Positions 26,327-38,722 of a DNA stretch of 64,000 bases are shown in pieces; the first letter of the stretch is position 1, and every line of letters begins with the position of its first letter. The stretch covers positions 2,251 through 66,250 of the forward strand of contig CAYRYE010000002.1 in the NCBI GenBank assembly GCA_964428655.1. The letters run 5' to 3'. This stretch comes from an uncultured Gammaproteobacteria bacterium (GTDB taxonomy: Bacteria; Patescibacteriota; Microgenomatia; UBA12405; JAHJSD01). The position numbers and the translations under genes are program-made. Under the pieces are notes generated by a model. That model made no database searches. It saw nothing but the letters and a program-made list of their open reading frames with translations, and was not told where the DNA came from.

Positions 26327-28504
26327 GTGACAATAAAAATTTTGCCCTCAAGAAAAAAAATACTTCAGAAAGCCTCTCTAATTTTGCTTTTCACCACCTT
26401 TGTCTCTTTATTACTTTCCTTTATCTTCATCATAAAATACAAAAAATTAAGTCAGTACATGCCTTACACCTCAATACCTTTTTCCCAATCCAAGCCCAAT
26501 GTTACTACCTGTCAGCAAAGAATTGATCCCTCTGGCTGGAAAATCGAAGATGGACAATTAATTACTTTTCCCCACTGTCTCACAGTAGTCAATTCCAGAT
26601 TTGGATCCCGGTTCAGCTTTAATTGGTACTTTTCCCAACAAGAAGTTACCTCTAGCGTCCTAGGCACTTTAGAAGACAGAAATACTCATTTAGTCATAAG
26701 AATCAAACGGGGTAATCAAGAAGAGCAGATTTTTCCTCTCCTACCCAACGGAAATTTTACGACCCAGTCTGTTAACCTAGGTTTGACCAGCCAGAAAACT
26801 GTCTTTAAAAATAATCATCTTGATTTTCTCTTAGATATTATTTCTCCTTTTTCACCAAGTGATTCAGCTGAAAGTAGAACTAACCAAATAAATAGCGCTC
26901 CATTTTTTTATCTTGATCTTTCCCTAGTCAACAGGAGCGATTCCGAGGAAGAAGTAGTAATTGACTTTCTTTTAACTAATTATCAGGAAGTTAAGCAGCG
27001 AAAACATTATGAGACCATTTACCTAAACGATCAAGTGAGAAGTGACGGAATAAGAGCTTTAAGCTGGGCTAAAGATCCAGGAGTGAAGGCAATTACTGGT
27101 AACAAATTGACTGGTGCCAGTTGGAAAGTAAAATTAGCTCCACTAAGTTCCCAAACAAAAACTTTAGTCTACGCTGGATTCTTAGATAAAGAAATACTGA
27201 TTGACGCTAGCTCAGAGAAAGAAAGAAAATTAATATTTGCCTACAATCGTTGGTTTGATGATATTGATGAGGTAATTGACTTTGCTTTTTTAAATGAAAA
27301 AGAAATCAGGAAAAAAAGTGAAGATTTTGAAAAAATGGTTTTAACTTCGTCTCTTTCTCCTCAACAAAAATGGCTTTTGGCCCAAACTTTTCATTCTTAT
27401 TTAAGCAACACTTGGTTAGTCTATGAGCCAAAGAAAAAGAATGAATTAGAATATTACGTTTGGGAAGGGGAGTTTAAGTATCTTAATACTGTTGATGTTG
27501 CTTACGATTATGCCCTTTTTGAAGGGAAATATTTTCCCTGGGTAATTAAACTAGAGCTTGAATCCTGGAAAAAACACGCCAAAAAGGATGAGAAGGGGAT
27601 AGTAATCCCTCATGACTTGGGTAGGCGCTTTCGGATTGCTGGCTCCCAAGCTTATACTTTCACTAAAAAGGGGGATGAGGAAAGAAATAAAACTTCCATC
27701 ATGCCTGTTGAAGAAAATGCTAATTTCATTCTTTTAACTTACTGGTATTGGAAAAAAAGCAACGATAATCAGTTTCTCGATAATTTGCTGCCTCTAATAA
27801 ATAATCTTGTTGATTCTTTAATTGCCCGAGATAGCAACAACAATGGAATCGCCGACAAAGATATCGGCATTACCACCTATGATAATGATGGCAATTTGGC
27901 TTTAAAAGAAGGTCCTGACAACAGCTATCTAGCCTTAAAACAATTGGCCGCTTACTTAACAGTCGAGGAAATGTCTCAATTTCTCAATAATCACGATCTC
28001 AAGGAGAAAAGTGGCAAGCAAGCTCAATTAATAACTCAAAGTCTTAAAGAAGCGTACCAAAACCATGGTTTAATTCCTTTGTCTTTGGACCCTCAGTTTG
28101 TGAAAGAAGAAAGTCATACTATTATTACCGGCCTTCTTTATCCGGCCATTACCAATCTTAAATCAAAATACCTAGAAGAACTAATTCCTATTTTAAAGGA
28201 AAATTATCGCAGGACTTATGAAAAAAGTTTAGTAAAAGATTCAAAAGGAAAAATAATTGGTCTCAAACTGGCTGAAAATCAATCCTTAGACTTAGGCTGG
28301 TTCTCCCATAGTGTTGTTGCTGATATTGTTGCCCAAAAGCTCTTTAATCAAAATTATCAATCAGAGATAGTTTTCTTCCCCTATCTTTATGATAATCCTT
28401 ATAGTTTTGCTGACGGTCAATATTTTAAAAAACCTTTTGACTCAATCAAAACTTCTCTTATTTTTTACCCTCGAGGGGTTGTTATTTTCGGAAAGGAATG
28501 GTGA
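26327..28504 (+). CDS. large membrane-anchored hypothetical protein (725 aa), possibly (alpha/alpha)6-barrel glycoside-hydrolase-like
   Basis: N-terminal TM anchor. Central and C-terminal region rich in W/Y/D ('TYWYWKKSNDNQF', 'NNNGIADKDIGITTYDNDGN'). The fold assignment is a guess. Confidence 0.45.
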   Translation: MTIKILPSRKKILQKASLILLFTTFVSLLLSFIFIIKYKKLSQYMPYTSIPFSQSKPNVTTCQQRIDPSGWKIEDGQLITFPHCLTVVNSRFGSRFSFNWYFSQQEVTSSVLGTLEDRNTHLVIRIKRGNQEEQIFPLLPNGNFTTQSVNLGLTSQKTVFKNNHLDFLLDIISPFSPSDSAESRTNQINSAPFFYLDLSLVNRSDSEEEVVIDFLLTNYQEVKQRKHYETIYLNDQVRSDGIRALSWAKDPGVKAITGNKLTGASWKVKLAPLSSQTKTLVYAGFLDKEILIDASSEKERKLIFAYNRWFDDIDEVIDFAFLNEKEIRKKSEDFEKMVLTSSLSPQQKWLLAQTFHSYLSNTWLVYEPKKKNELEYYVWEGEFKYLNTVDVAYDYALFEGKYFPWVIKLELESWKKHAKKDEKGIVIPHDLGRRFRIAGSQAYTFTKKGDEERNKTSIMPVEENANFILLTYWYWKKSNDNQFLDNLLPLINNLVDSLIARDSNNNGIADKDIGITTYDNDGNLALKEGPDNSYLALKQLAAYLTVEEMSQFLNNHDLKEKSGKQAQLITQSLKEAYQNHGLIPLSLDPQFVKEESHTIITGLLYPAITNLKSKYLEELIPILKENYRRTYEKSLVKDSKGKIIGLKLAENQSLDLGWFSHSVVADIVAQKLFNQNYQSEIVFFPYLYDNPYSFADGQYFKKPFDSIKTSLIFYPRGVVIFGKEW

Positions 28505-28580
28505 GCCAGCAGTTAAGCCACTTGACAATTGGCTTGACAAAAAACTTTACAATTATTCCCTTTTAGTTTACAATTAATTT

Positions 28581-29603
28581 ATGTTCAAACCAAAGTACAA
28601 ATTAACCCCCGAACTGCTTAAAATAATTTTGGAGACAGAGCGTTTTTATGGTCAACTGATGGCTCTCAGAATCCCCAAAGAATTGGAAATCAACTTAAAA
28701 AGGGACAACCTTCTCCAATCCACTTATATTTCCAACAGCATTGAGGGCAATCCTTTAACCCTGCCAGAGGTGACTAACCTACTGTTGGACAACCGCGTTC
28801 CGGTTAATCGAGATGAAAAAGAAATAGTAAATTATTTTTCTGCTCTTGAGAATCTAGAAAATCATCTTGACAAGTCTCCATCAATTTCTTTAATGAAAGC
28901 AATCCACAAACAGGTGTTAGAGGGAGTCAACAACCAAATTGCCGGTAAGGTCAGAAGTGAAAGAGTAGCCGTCGGCAGATATGCTAAGGAAAAAAACACT
29001 TCTACTTTTAGAATCAAACATCGGCCTCCTTACCACAAAAAAGAAGAAATTGAAAACTATCTTAAAAAACTTTTTGACTGGACCAAAGCCTCGGATAATC
29101 TATCTGTGGTTTTAAAAGCAGGAATTTTCCATCACCATTTTGTTTATCTTCATCCCTTTGTTGACGGCAACGGACGAACTTGCCGTCTGCTAACCACTTT
29201 GATTTTTTTAAAAAATAACTACTTAATTAATAAATATTTTGTTTTAGACGATTATTACGACATTGACCGCTATCTTTATTTTGATAAGCTCCACTCTGCT
29301 GATAAAGGAGATAAAACAGAGTGGCTGGAATATTTTAGCGAAGGCGTTAAATATTCAATGCAGAGCGCTTTAAGTAAAGTCAAAACAGCTCTTGAAAAAC
29401 TCAGTTTTCAAAAACAACTCACTAACCAGGAGAAAAAAGTCTTAACTATTGTTAGGGAAATGGAAAGGGTCACTTCTAATTATCTTGGCCAAAAATTAAA
29501 AGTCTCCCGCCAACAGGCTCACAGCCTACTCAGTTCTTTGGTTGAAAAAGGATTTTTAGACAAAAAGGGTTCGACAAAATCAAGCTATTATTTTTTGAAA
29601 TAG
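28581..29603 (+). CDS. Fic-family protein (second paralog) with C-terminal winged-helix domain
   Basis: Fic motif 'HPFVDGNGRTCRL'. C-terminal wHTH-like segment. Confidence 0.8.
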   Translation: MFKPKYKLTPELLKIILETERFYGQLMALRIPKELEINLKRDNLLQSTYISNSIEGNPLTLPEVTNLLLDNRVPVNRDEKEIVNYFSALENLENHLDKSPSISLMKAIHKQVLEGVNNQIAGKVRSERVAVGRYAKEKNTSTFRIKHRPPYHKKEEIENYLKKLFDWTKASDNLSVVLKAGIFHHHFVYLHPFVDGNGRTCRLLTTLIFLKNNYLINKYFVLDDYYDIDRYLYFDKLHSADKGDKTEWLEYFSEGVKYSMQSALSKVKTALEKLSFQKQLTNQEKKVLTIVREMERVTSNYLGQKLKVSRQQAHSLLSSLVEKGFLDKKGSTKSSYYFLK

Positions 29604-29653
29604 CTGCATGGACAGATCAATAGTGTTAATAAATCGAAAGATATTACTTTTGT

Positions 29654-30028
29654 TTATCTCTCGGGATAGCCTGCAGCATTTACCCTAAAAATACGCCTCG
29701 CCCTTTTACCTAAATACAACTCTCTTTTCCCTCTTAAGGCAGCTATTGCTCCCGCACCTCTCGCTGGAAAAAAAGCTAATTGCTCGACCTCACGACCAGC
29801 TCTTCTAGCAAGCATAGAAGAAAGGCTTTCTCCTTTGTGAGCATCGGGTAAGGAAAATGGCGGTTCATCTGCCAGTTTTCCATAAACTATTCTTTCCACA
29901 AGTACTTTCTTATCCTCTCTAGAATGCCCTCCGCCCAACAATCTTTGGGTAGCACGATGTCCTGTTCTTGCTTGCTGCAAAATCTCTAATCCTAATTGCT
30001 GACGACAACTTAAGTTTTCATTAACCAT
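29654..30028 (-). CDS. hypothetical Arg-rich ORF in a GC-elevated segment; coding status uncertain
   Basis: 124-codon open frame within 730 bp of otherwise non-coding DNA. GC noticeably above its neighbours. No recognisable motif. Confidence 0.25.
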   Translation of the reverse strand: MVNENLSCRQQLGLEILQQARTGHRATQRLLGGGHSREDKKVLVERIVYGKLADEPPFSLPDAHKGESLSSMLARRAGREVEQLAFFPARGAGAIAALRGKRELYLGKRARRIFRVNAAGYPER

Positions 30029-30258
30029 AAAATTAAAATTGTTTTACAACCTATAAGTTAACATTATTATAGCAACAAAAATAAACATGTCAACAAAGTT
30101 TTATTGGAAGCTAAATCTCTTAAATCAAACAAAACAAACTTTCAGTAATTACAGGTGAATAAAGCGGTGGAAAAGGAAAATGGATAAATGTATCACGTAT
30201 CATTTTTCCCGGTGTTACTACAGGTGTCAACTCCAGCGTTGACAAGATTTACAAAAAA

Positions 30259-30318
30259 CTTGACAATTAACTTGACAATTGTCTACTTTTTAGAAAAAAT
30301 TTGGAAATCTGTTATTAT
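30259..30318 (+). promoter_or_regulatory. promoter-like region upstream of tyrS: duplicated 'AACTTGACAATT' boxes and an extended -10 'TGTTATTAT'
   Basis: Two direct TTGACA-containing repeats at 30260-30265 and 30272-30277. TGnTATTAT at 30310-30318. ATG at 30333. Confidence 0.3.
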
Positions 30319-30332
30319 TTAAAGAGAAATCG

Positions 30333-31997
30333 ATGAAAAAAGTAAAAACATTTGAAAAAATCTCTGAAAAAATCAAAAAGTTGTCAATCCCTTTTGAGGA
30401 AATAAGTTTTACTGATAAGACTGTTTCAACGAGACAGAAAGATACTTCTATTAAGGGAAATTATATTCCTGAAGAAGCAGTTAAAACTATTGTTGTTAAG
30501 ACTAAAAAGGGAATTAAAGCGGTCATTCTTAAAGGAACAAACCAAATTGACCAACTGGCCCTGAAAGCAATTGTTGATAAATGGAGTATTGTTAGCCCTG
30601 AGGTTTTAGAAAAAGAAACCGGTTTTTTACCCGGCTGTGTCTGCCCCCTTGATCTTGACGTGCCAATTTTAATTGACAAATCGGTTTTGGAAATGGAAAA
30701 TTGGAATATGGGCGCAGGTAATATTTACAAAGGAATCGCTATAAAGAAGAACGACGCCCTTAAAATAATTGGTTCTTTCCAAACAGTCGATGTGACCAAA
30801 AAAAGCAAAGTAGAAAAAACTAAAAGCATAAACAATATAGAAGAAAAACTATCTTTAATTACCAGAAACACTGAAGAGGTTTTAACTAAAGAGGATTTAA
30901 AAAACCTAATTACTTCTGGGACAAAACTGAAACACTATATTGGTTTTGAGATCTCGGGCAAAGTGCATTTGGGGACGGGATTGATGTCCATGGGCAAAGT
31001 AGCTGATTTTCTCCGAGCTGGAGTTAAATGCACTCTCTTTTTAGCTGATTTTCACTCTTATTTAAACAATAAATTGGGAAGGAGCTGGGATAATATCAGA
31101 AGGGCAAGCGAGGGTTATTTTAAAGAAGGACTAATTGCCTCCCTGAAGTGCTTTAAGATTGATGTTGAAAAAGAAATTAGGGAAAGTAATTTGCGGTTTG
31201 TGATGGGGGCCGATTTATACAAGAATAATTTAGTCCATTGGGAAACCTTTATGGAAGTAGGAAAACACCTCACCTTGTCCCGAAACTTAAGGTCAATCTC
31301 AATTATGGGTAAGAAAATGGACCGGGACGTAGATATGGCCACTTTGTTTTATCCGCCGCTCCAAGTGGCGGATATTTTCACTCTTGGCGTGAACATCGCT
31401 CATGCGGGCATTGATCAAAGAAAAGCTCATGTGATTGCTAGAGAAGTAGCTAAAAAACTAACCATCAATCCTTTAAAAAATAAAAAAGGAGAGGTAATTG
31501 CTCCGGTAGCAATTCACCATAAGACTATTGCTGGCTTAGAGGGACCAAAAAAAACTGATAAGCAAAAAGGGGATGAATTGGCCACTGATTTAAAAATGAG
31601 TAAGTCAAAACCAGACTCGGCTATATTTGTTCATGATTCACCTAATGAAATCCGCCGAAAAATCACTAAAGCCTTTTGCCCACCCAGAGAAACGGAATTT
31701 AACCCAATTATTAATTGGTCTGAATGTTTAATTTTTTGGGGACAGGCCCGCCTTGACTCGGCGAGACAGGCGGGGTTAGAAATCAAACGGCCAGCGAAAT
31801 TTGGCGGGAATAAAAAATATCAAACAATTAAAGAAATAAAAGAAGATTATAAAAAAGGTAATTTACATCCAGCTGATCTTAAAAATGCAGTTGCCGAGTG
31901 GTTAATCACCAAGCTTGAGCCAGCCAGAAAACACTTTAACAGCGGAAAAGCAAAAAATGGCTTAGATTTTCTAGAAAAAATAACAACTAAAACTTAA
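30333..31997 (+). CDS. tyrS: archaeal/eukaryal-type tyrosyl-tRNA synthetase with N-terminal YbaK/ProX-like deacylase domain (fusion)
   Basis: C-terminal 380 aa collinear with M. jannaschii-type TyrRS ('YIGFEISGKVHLGTGL', 'LFLADFHSYLNNK', 'KMSKSKP', 'IKRPAKFGG...LHPADLKNAVAEWLITKLEP'). N-terminal 170 aa match the YbaK fold ('ETGFLPGCVCPLDLDVPILIDKSVLE...NMGAGNIYKGIAI'). Confidence 0.8.
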   Translation: MKKVKTFEKISEKIKKLSIPFEEISFTDKTVSTRQKDTSIKGNYIPEEAVKTIVVKTKKGIKAVILKGTNQIDQLALKAIVDKWSIVSPEVLEKETGFLPGCVCPLDLDVPILIDKSVLEMENWNMGAGNIYKGIAIKKNDALKIIGSFQTVDVTKKSKVEKTKSINNIEEKLSLITRNTEEVLTKEDLKNLITSGTKLKHYIGFEISGKVHLGTGLMSMGKVADFLRAGVKCTLFLADFHSYLNNKLGRSWDNIRRASEGYFKEGLIASLKCFKIDVEKEIRESNLRFVMGADLYKNNLVHWETFMEVGKHLTLSRNLRSISIMGKKMDRDVDMATLFYPPLQVADIFTLGVNIAHAGIDQRKAHVIAREVAKKLTINPLKNKKGEVIAPVAIHHKTIAGLEGPKKTDKQKGDELATDLKMSKSKPDSAIFVHDSPNEIRRKITKAFCPPRETEFNPIINWSECLIFWGQARLDSARQAGLEIKRPAKFGGNKKYQTIKEIKEDYKKGNLHPADLKNAVAEWLITKLEPARKHFNSGKAKNGLDFLEKITTKT

Positions 31998-31998
31998 G

Positions 31999-32322
31999 AT
32001 GAAATTTTTACCTAAAAAACTAAGCTCTGAATGGATTGCTTATTTAGTAGTGGCTGCAATCTGGGAACTTTTCCTCTTTCTTGCTCAATCTAATTGGTTA
32101 AATTTTATCCTTATGCCGGCTGGAGCAATTATTGGGCTTTTCATCCTGGAAATTAATTGGCTATTCCCTAAAAAAGAAGTTTTAAAAATACTGCCAATTA
32201 TCCTTCTTCCGTTAGCTCTTTTCATCCTTACTTCCACTAGCGGCGCTTTTGGAAAATCAATAATTGTCTTTCTTAACCTCCGTCTCTTCCTTGACAAAAA
32301 CAGATTAATCAAAGATAATTGA
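31999..32322 (+). CDS. small hypothetical membrane protein (3 predicted TM)
   Basis: Hydrophobic segments. No recognisable motif. Confidence 0.4.
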   Translation: MKFLPKKLSSEWIAYLVVAAIWELFLFLAQSNWLNFILMPAGAIIGLFILEINWLFPKKEVLKILPIILLPLALFILTSTSGAFGKSIIVFLNLRLFLDKNRLIKDN

Positions 32323-32325
32323 GCG

Positions 32326-32547
32326 TTGACAATGAGGGTAGTTATAGATCCTGATCTTTGCCTCAAATGCGGAGCCTGCACAGTCATGGCTCCCGGCGCG
32401 TTTGTTCTTGATCAAAAATCAGGAGAGGTGAAAGTTGTCTCTCAATCATCATTGGTTAGCGAAGAGGTTAAAATAGCTAAGGAAAACTGTCCTGTTGATG
32501 CCATTAAAATAATCGATGAACAAAAAGGTGAAAGGAAAAACAAATAG
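32326..32547 (+). CDS. small [4Fe-4S] single-cluster ferredoxin
   Basis: 'CLKCGACTVMAP' plus a distal 'CPVDAI', i.e. the single-cluster ferredoxin pattern. Confidence 0.65.
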   Translation: MTMRVVIDPDLCLKCGACTVMAPGAFVLDQKSGEVKVVSQSSLVSEEVKIAKENCPVDAIKIIDEQKGERKNK

Positions 32548-33508
32548 CAATTTTCTAATTTTGGTTTTGATAATTATTGCCGTTTTTTTTGCCGGCAGTA
32601 TCTGGGGTAAAAAATCAGCTTTAAAGGACAAGGTGGCTGGTGTTAAAACCGAAGTTAAAGATGAAAATACGGTTGAATTCACTCCGGAAAGTCGGAAAAA
32701 ACCTAACTTAAAGTTCTTTGTCATGAGTCATTGTCCTTTTGGCAACCAGGCAGAAGCGGGACTAAAACCAGTAGCAGAACTGTTAGGAAACAAGGTAGAA
32801 TGGGAACCGCACTATATCTTTGACAAACGCACTGATAAGCAGCTCCAACAAATGTGCCAATCAGAAGTTTACAGCGAAGAACTTTGCCAGCAGTATGTCA
32901 GTCAAGGATATTTTCCTGACTCAAAAGCTTGCCAAGAAAGACTATACTCTTCAGAAGATGAATGCTTTGAAAAAAAATCAAGTGATTGCTTGGCCAGCGC
33001 TGAAGGGAGTTACTATTGTTCGCTTCACGGTAAAAAAGAATTAAACCAGGGAATCCGAGAAATCTGCGCTTGGAACTTAACCGATGACAAAAATAAATGG
33101 TGGCAATTTATTTCTCTAGTTAACAGCAACTGTCCGCTGGAAGAAATTGATTCTTGTTGGCAAGCTCAAGCCAAGGAGGCAAATATTGATGAAAATAAAG
33201 TTCAAGAATGCTTTAACAAAAAAGCCATTGAAATTTTAGATAAAGAAATTGCCATAACCGAGCAATTTAACGTTTCCGGTTCGCCAAGTATTTTTGTCAA
33301 TGATAAGCCTTACCCGCCAGAAAGCGCTTATGACCGGGAAGGAAAAGCAACCATGAAAATAGGCGGAGAAATCTTTCAGCAAGAAAAATACCGCTCACCC
33401 GAGGCATTTAAACAAGCTGTTTGCGCCGCTTTCGAGAAAGCGCCAAAAGAATGCAAAACTGAATTATCCAGAGAAAGCGATCTGGGCAGCGCAGGCTCAT
33501 GCGATTAA
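32516..33508 (+). CDS. DsbA-like thioredoxin-fold protein with atypical CPFG site and Cys-rich insertion, signal-anchored
   Basis: N-terminal TM. 'SHCPFGNQ' where CxxC is expected. DsbA-type C-terminal 'GSPSIFVNDKPY'. 17 Cys in total. Confidence 0.45.
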   Translation: MNKKVKGKTNSNFLILVLIIIAVFFAGSIWGKKSALKDKVAGVKTEVKDENTVEFTPESRKKPNLKFFVMSHCPFGNQAEAGLKPVAELLGNKVEWEPHYIFDKRTDKQLQQMCQSEVYSEELCQQYVSQGYFPDSKACQERLYSSEDECFEKKSSDCLASAEGSYYCSLHGKKELNQGIREICAWNLTDDKNKWWQFISLVNSNCPLEEIDSCWQAQAKEANIDENKVQECFNKKAIEILDKEIAITEQFNVSGSPSIFVNDKPYPPESAYDREGKATMKIGGEIFQQEKYRSPEAFKQAVCAAFEKAPKECKTELSRESDLGSAGSCD

Positions 33509-34035
33509 ACGCTAAACAACTTCGAGTCAGTCAGCCAACCCAAGAGGATCTTAAAAAGGTAAAACACCAACCTATATCAATCATCCTTGATAATGTTTTG
33601 GATACCTTTAATATTGGCTCTTTTTTCCGCCTGGCCGATGCTATTGCCGCTGAAAAAATCTATCTTTGTGGAAAAACAGTTACTCCTCCAAACGTTAAAA
33701 TCCACCGGGCTTCGATAGGCACTTGGCGCTGGGTGTCATGGCAGCACCATAAGTCTGCTGTCAAGCTAGTAAGGAATCTTAAAAAAGAAGGCTGTTTTGT
33801 TGCTGCTGCCGAGCAAACAAAAAAGAGTATCAATTACGCAAAATTAAAATTAAAGACGCCAATAGCCTTGGTGGTGGGCCATGAAACCAATGGTGTTTCC
33901 CAAGAGGTTCTTAAAGAAGCAAACAAAGTCATAGAAGTGCCCCTACTAGGCGTCAATAGGTCTCTCAATGTGCTCGTTGCCGCTTCAGCAATTCTCTACA
34001 ATTGGTTGGAAAGATTGGAAAAATACTGCTCTTGA
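33499..34035 (+). CDS. SpoU/TrmH-family RNA 2'-O-methyltransferase
   Basis: SPOUT motifs 'IALVVGHETNGVS' and 'IEVPLLGVNRSLNVLVAASAILYN'. Confidence 0.75.
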   Translation: MRLNAKQLRVSQPTQEDLKKVKHQPISIILDNVLDTFNIGSFFRLADAIAAEKIYLCGKTVTPPNVKIHRASIGTWRWVSWQHHKSAVKLVRNLKKEGCFVAAAEQTKKSINYAKLKLKTPIALVVGHETNGVSQEVLKEANKVIEVPLLGVNRSLNVLVAASAILYNWLERLEKYCS

Positions 34036-34069
34036 ACCTAGGTGTGTATTCCTCTATAATTATATTTAG

Positions 34070-36103
<2,034 letters not shown>

Positions 36104-36116
36104 TCAAAATTTAAAC

Positions 36117-38720
36117 ATGAAAAAAAGCAGGGTAGAAAAGGCAGAAATTACTCAGGTTATGCGCAAGGCATATCTGGATTATGCCATGAGCGTTATCATT
36201 GCCCGAGCTTTGCCTGATGTCCGTGACGGTTTGAAGCCTGCTCATCGACGAATCCTCTATGCTATGCACCAGATGGGTTTAACTTCAAGCGGCAGGCATA
36301 GTAAATCAGCCAAAATAGTCGGTGAGGTTTTAGGTAAATACCATCCCCATGGTGATGCTGCTGTTTATGACACTCTAGTGAGAATGGCCCAAGATTTCTC
36401 GATGCGCTACCTCTTGGTTAATGGCCAGGGAAATTTTGGCTCAATTGATAATGATCCTCCGGCGGCCATGAGGTACACAGAGGCAAGAATGGGAAAAATA
36501 AGCCAAGAGATGCTCAGGGACATTAATAAAGAAACAACTGACTTTGTTGATAATTTTGACAGCACCTTGCAGGAACCAACAGTTCTACCGGCAAAAATCC
36601 CAAACTTACTGTTAAACGGCGCTGACGGGATTGCTGTCGGTATGGCAACTAAGATTCCACCTCATAATCTAACTGAGATTATCGACGCCCTGATCTACAT
36701 GCTAGAAGAGGGGAGACTTAAAAAGATTAAAGAGCCCAAGGAGATAGAGTTTAAAAAATTACTTTTAGACAAAAAGAAATCAGCGGAAAAACTAATCGCG
36801 GCTGAAGTTGAGCGGTTAGCCGCTTGGAAATTTGAATTTGAGAGCGAAACCTCATCGATTGAACTGACGAAATTTGTTAAAGGCCCGGATTTCCCTACCG
36901 GCGGTCAGATCTTTGATCAAGAGGCCATTGCTGAAATTTACACCACCGGAAAGGGGAAAATTCCCCTCAGGGGAGTAGTAAAAATCGGGGAGAGTAAAAG
37001 GGGTAAATTTAGAATCATTGCCACGGAAATACCTTACCAAGTTAATAAAGCTAACCTGGTAGCCAAAATCGCCAGCCTTGTCAAAGATAAGAAAATTATT
37101 GGCATCTCCGACCTTCGTGATGAATCTGATCGAGCCGGGATAAGGATCGTGATCGAATTAAAAAGAACTGCCAGACCAAAATCCGTCCTGAACAAATTAT
37201 ACAAATATACCCAACTGCAAATTAATTACCCGGCCAACATGCTAGCTATTGTTGACGGTGTTCCTCAAACTCTGAATCTACGCCAATTTTTATTGCTCTA
37301 CCTTAGACACCGTCACGAAGTTATTCAACGAAAAACGGTTTTTGAATTCCGAGAAGCAAAATTCCGGGCCCACATTCTAGAAGGTTTGAAAATCGCTCTT
37401 GATAATTTAGACGCAGTGATTGAAACCATTAAAAAATCCAAAGATGCCGAAACAGCCAAAACTAACTTAATGAATAAATTCGACTTAACTGACCTTCAAG
37501 CAAGAGCAATTCTAGATATGCAACTAAGACGACTGGCGGCTCTAGAGAGGCAAAAAATAGAAGCGGAATATGAGGAAATTAAAAAGAAATTAGATGAATT
37601 GAGAATTTTGCTGACTAAGCCTGAAACAATGATTAAGGTTATCCAAGACGAACTAAGAGAAGTTAAAGAGAAATACGGCGATAAAAGAAGAACTAAAGTT
37701 TTCAGACAAAGACTAGGTGAGTTCAGTGAGGAAGATCTAGTCCCAGACGAAGAAACAATCGTCACTACCACTAAAACAGGTTACGTGAAAAGAGTCCCTC
37801 GTGGTACTTATCGAACCCAGCGGCGGGGAGGCAAGGGCGTTATTGGCATGACTACTAAAAAAGAGGACGAAATCGAACATTTAATTGCTTGCTCAACCCA
37901 CGATTATCTTCTTTTCTTCACCAATAAAGGAAGGGTATTCCAATTAAGAGTTTGGGAAATCCCGGAAGGAAGCAGAAAATCCAAAGGCCAAGCAGTGATT
38001 AATTTAATCAATATTGAGCAAGCTGAAAAAGTTCAGGCAATTCTTAAAAGATCGGCCAAGAGGACCAACGAAGAAAAATATATTTTTATTGCCACTAAAA
38101 AAGGGACAGTTAAAAGAACCAAGATAGAGAGCTTTAAAAATATAAGATCTTCCGGATTAATTGCCATAAAATTAAAAGATGAAGATGAACTGATTGAAGC
38201 CAGAATTACTAATGGCAAAAATCAAGTGTTTCTGGTTACTAAAGAAGGAAAATGTATTAGATTTTCAGAAAACAATGTCCGGGCAATGGGACGAGGAGCT
38301 CAAGGAGTAAGGGGAATTAATCTTAAAGAAAACAATGAAGTAGTCAGCACCAATATCATCCCTGAAAAACTCCCTCAGCCAGAAGATAAAAGAAGAAAGG
38401 TATTTCGCCATCTAATGGTAATTATGGAAAATGGAATTGGTAAAAGGAGCGATGTTTATAAGTATCCTCTCCAAAAACGAGGCGGGGTAGGGGTAAAGGT
38501 AGCAAACATTACTCAAAAAACAGGAAAAGTTGCTTGCGCCAGCGTTATCAGTGAAAAGGAAGAACAGATAGTATTCACTTCAAGAAGGGCTCAGATAATA
38601 AAACTGCCAACTAAAAATATACCGATTCTAAGCCGAGCTACCCAGGGAGTAATTCTTATGAGGTTTAAAAACAAGGCTGACGCTGTTTCCGCTATGACTT
38701 GTCTCCGAAGAAAGTTCTAA
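36117..38720 (+). CDS. gyrA: DNA gyrase subunit A
   Basis: '[17 protein letters not shown]'. Active-site region '[10 protein letters not shown]'. C-terminal beta-pinwheel repeats. Confidence 0.95.
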   Translation: MKKSRVEKAEITQVMRKAYLDYAMSVIIARALPDVRDGLKPAHRRILYAMHQMGLTSSGRHSKSAKIVGEVLGKYHPHGDAAVYDTLVRMAQDFSMRYLLVNGQGNFGSIDNDPPAAMRYTEARMGKISQEMLRDINKETTDFVDNFDSTLQEPTVLPAKIPNLLLNGADGIAVGMATKIPPHNLTEIIDALIYMLEEGRLKKIKEPKEIEFKKLLLDKKKSAEKLIAAEVERLAAWKFEFESETSSIELTKFVKGPDFPTGGQIFDQEAIAEIYTTGKGKIPLRGVVKIGESKRGKFRIIATEIPYQVNKANLVAKIASLVKDKKIIGISDLRDESDRAGIRIVIELKRTARPKSVLNKLYKYTQLQINYPANMLAIVDGVPQTLNLRQFLLLYLRHRHEVIQRKTVFEFREAKFRAHILEGLKIALDNLDAVIETIKKSKDAETAKTNLMNKFDLTDLQARAILDMQLRRLAALERQKIEAEYEEIKKKLDELRILLTKPETMIKVIQDELREVKEKYGDKRRTKVFRQRLGEFSEEDLVPDEETIVTTTKTGYVKRVPRGTYRTQRRGGKGVIGMTTKKEDEIEHLIACSTHDYLLFFTNKGRVFQLRVWEIPEGSRKSKGQAVINLINIEQAEKVQAILKRSAKRTNEEKYIFIATKKGTVKRTKIESFKNIRSSGLIAIKLKDEDELIEARITNGKNQVFLVTKEGKCIRFSENNVRAMGRGAQGVRGINLKENNEVVSTNIIPEKLPQPEDKRRKVFRHLMVIMENGIGKRSDVYKYPLQKRGGVGVKVANITQKTGKVACASVISEKEEQIVFTSRRAQIIKLPTKNIPILSRATQGVILMRFKNKADAVSAMTCLRRKF

Positions 38721-38722
38721 AA

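Noticed and set aside
30040-30332. T-box riboswitch leader upstream of tyrS
   Set aside because: No convincing T-box sequence (AATTAGGGTGGNACCGCG) and no specifier or antiterminator arrangement. Promoter-like boxes sit within 75 nt of the ATG, leaving no room for a ~250-nt leader.
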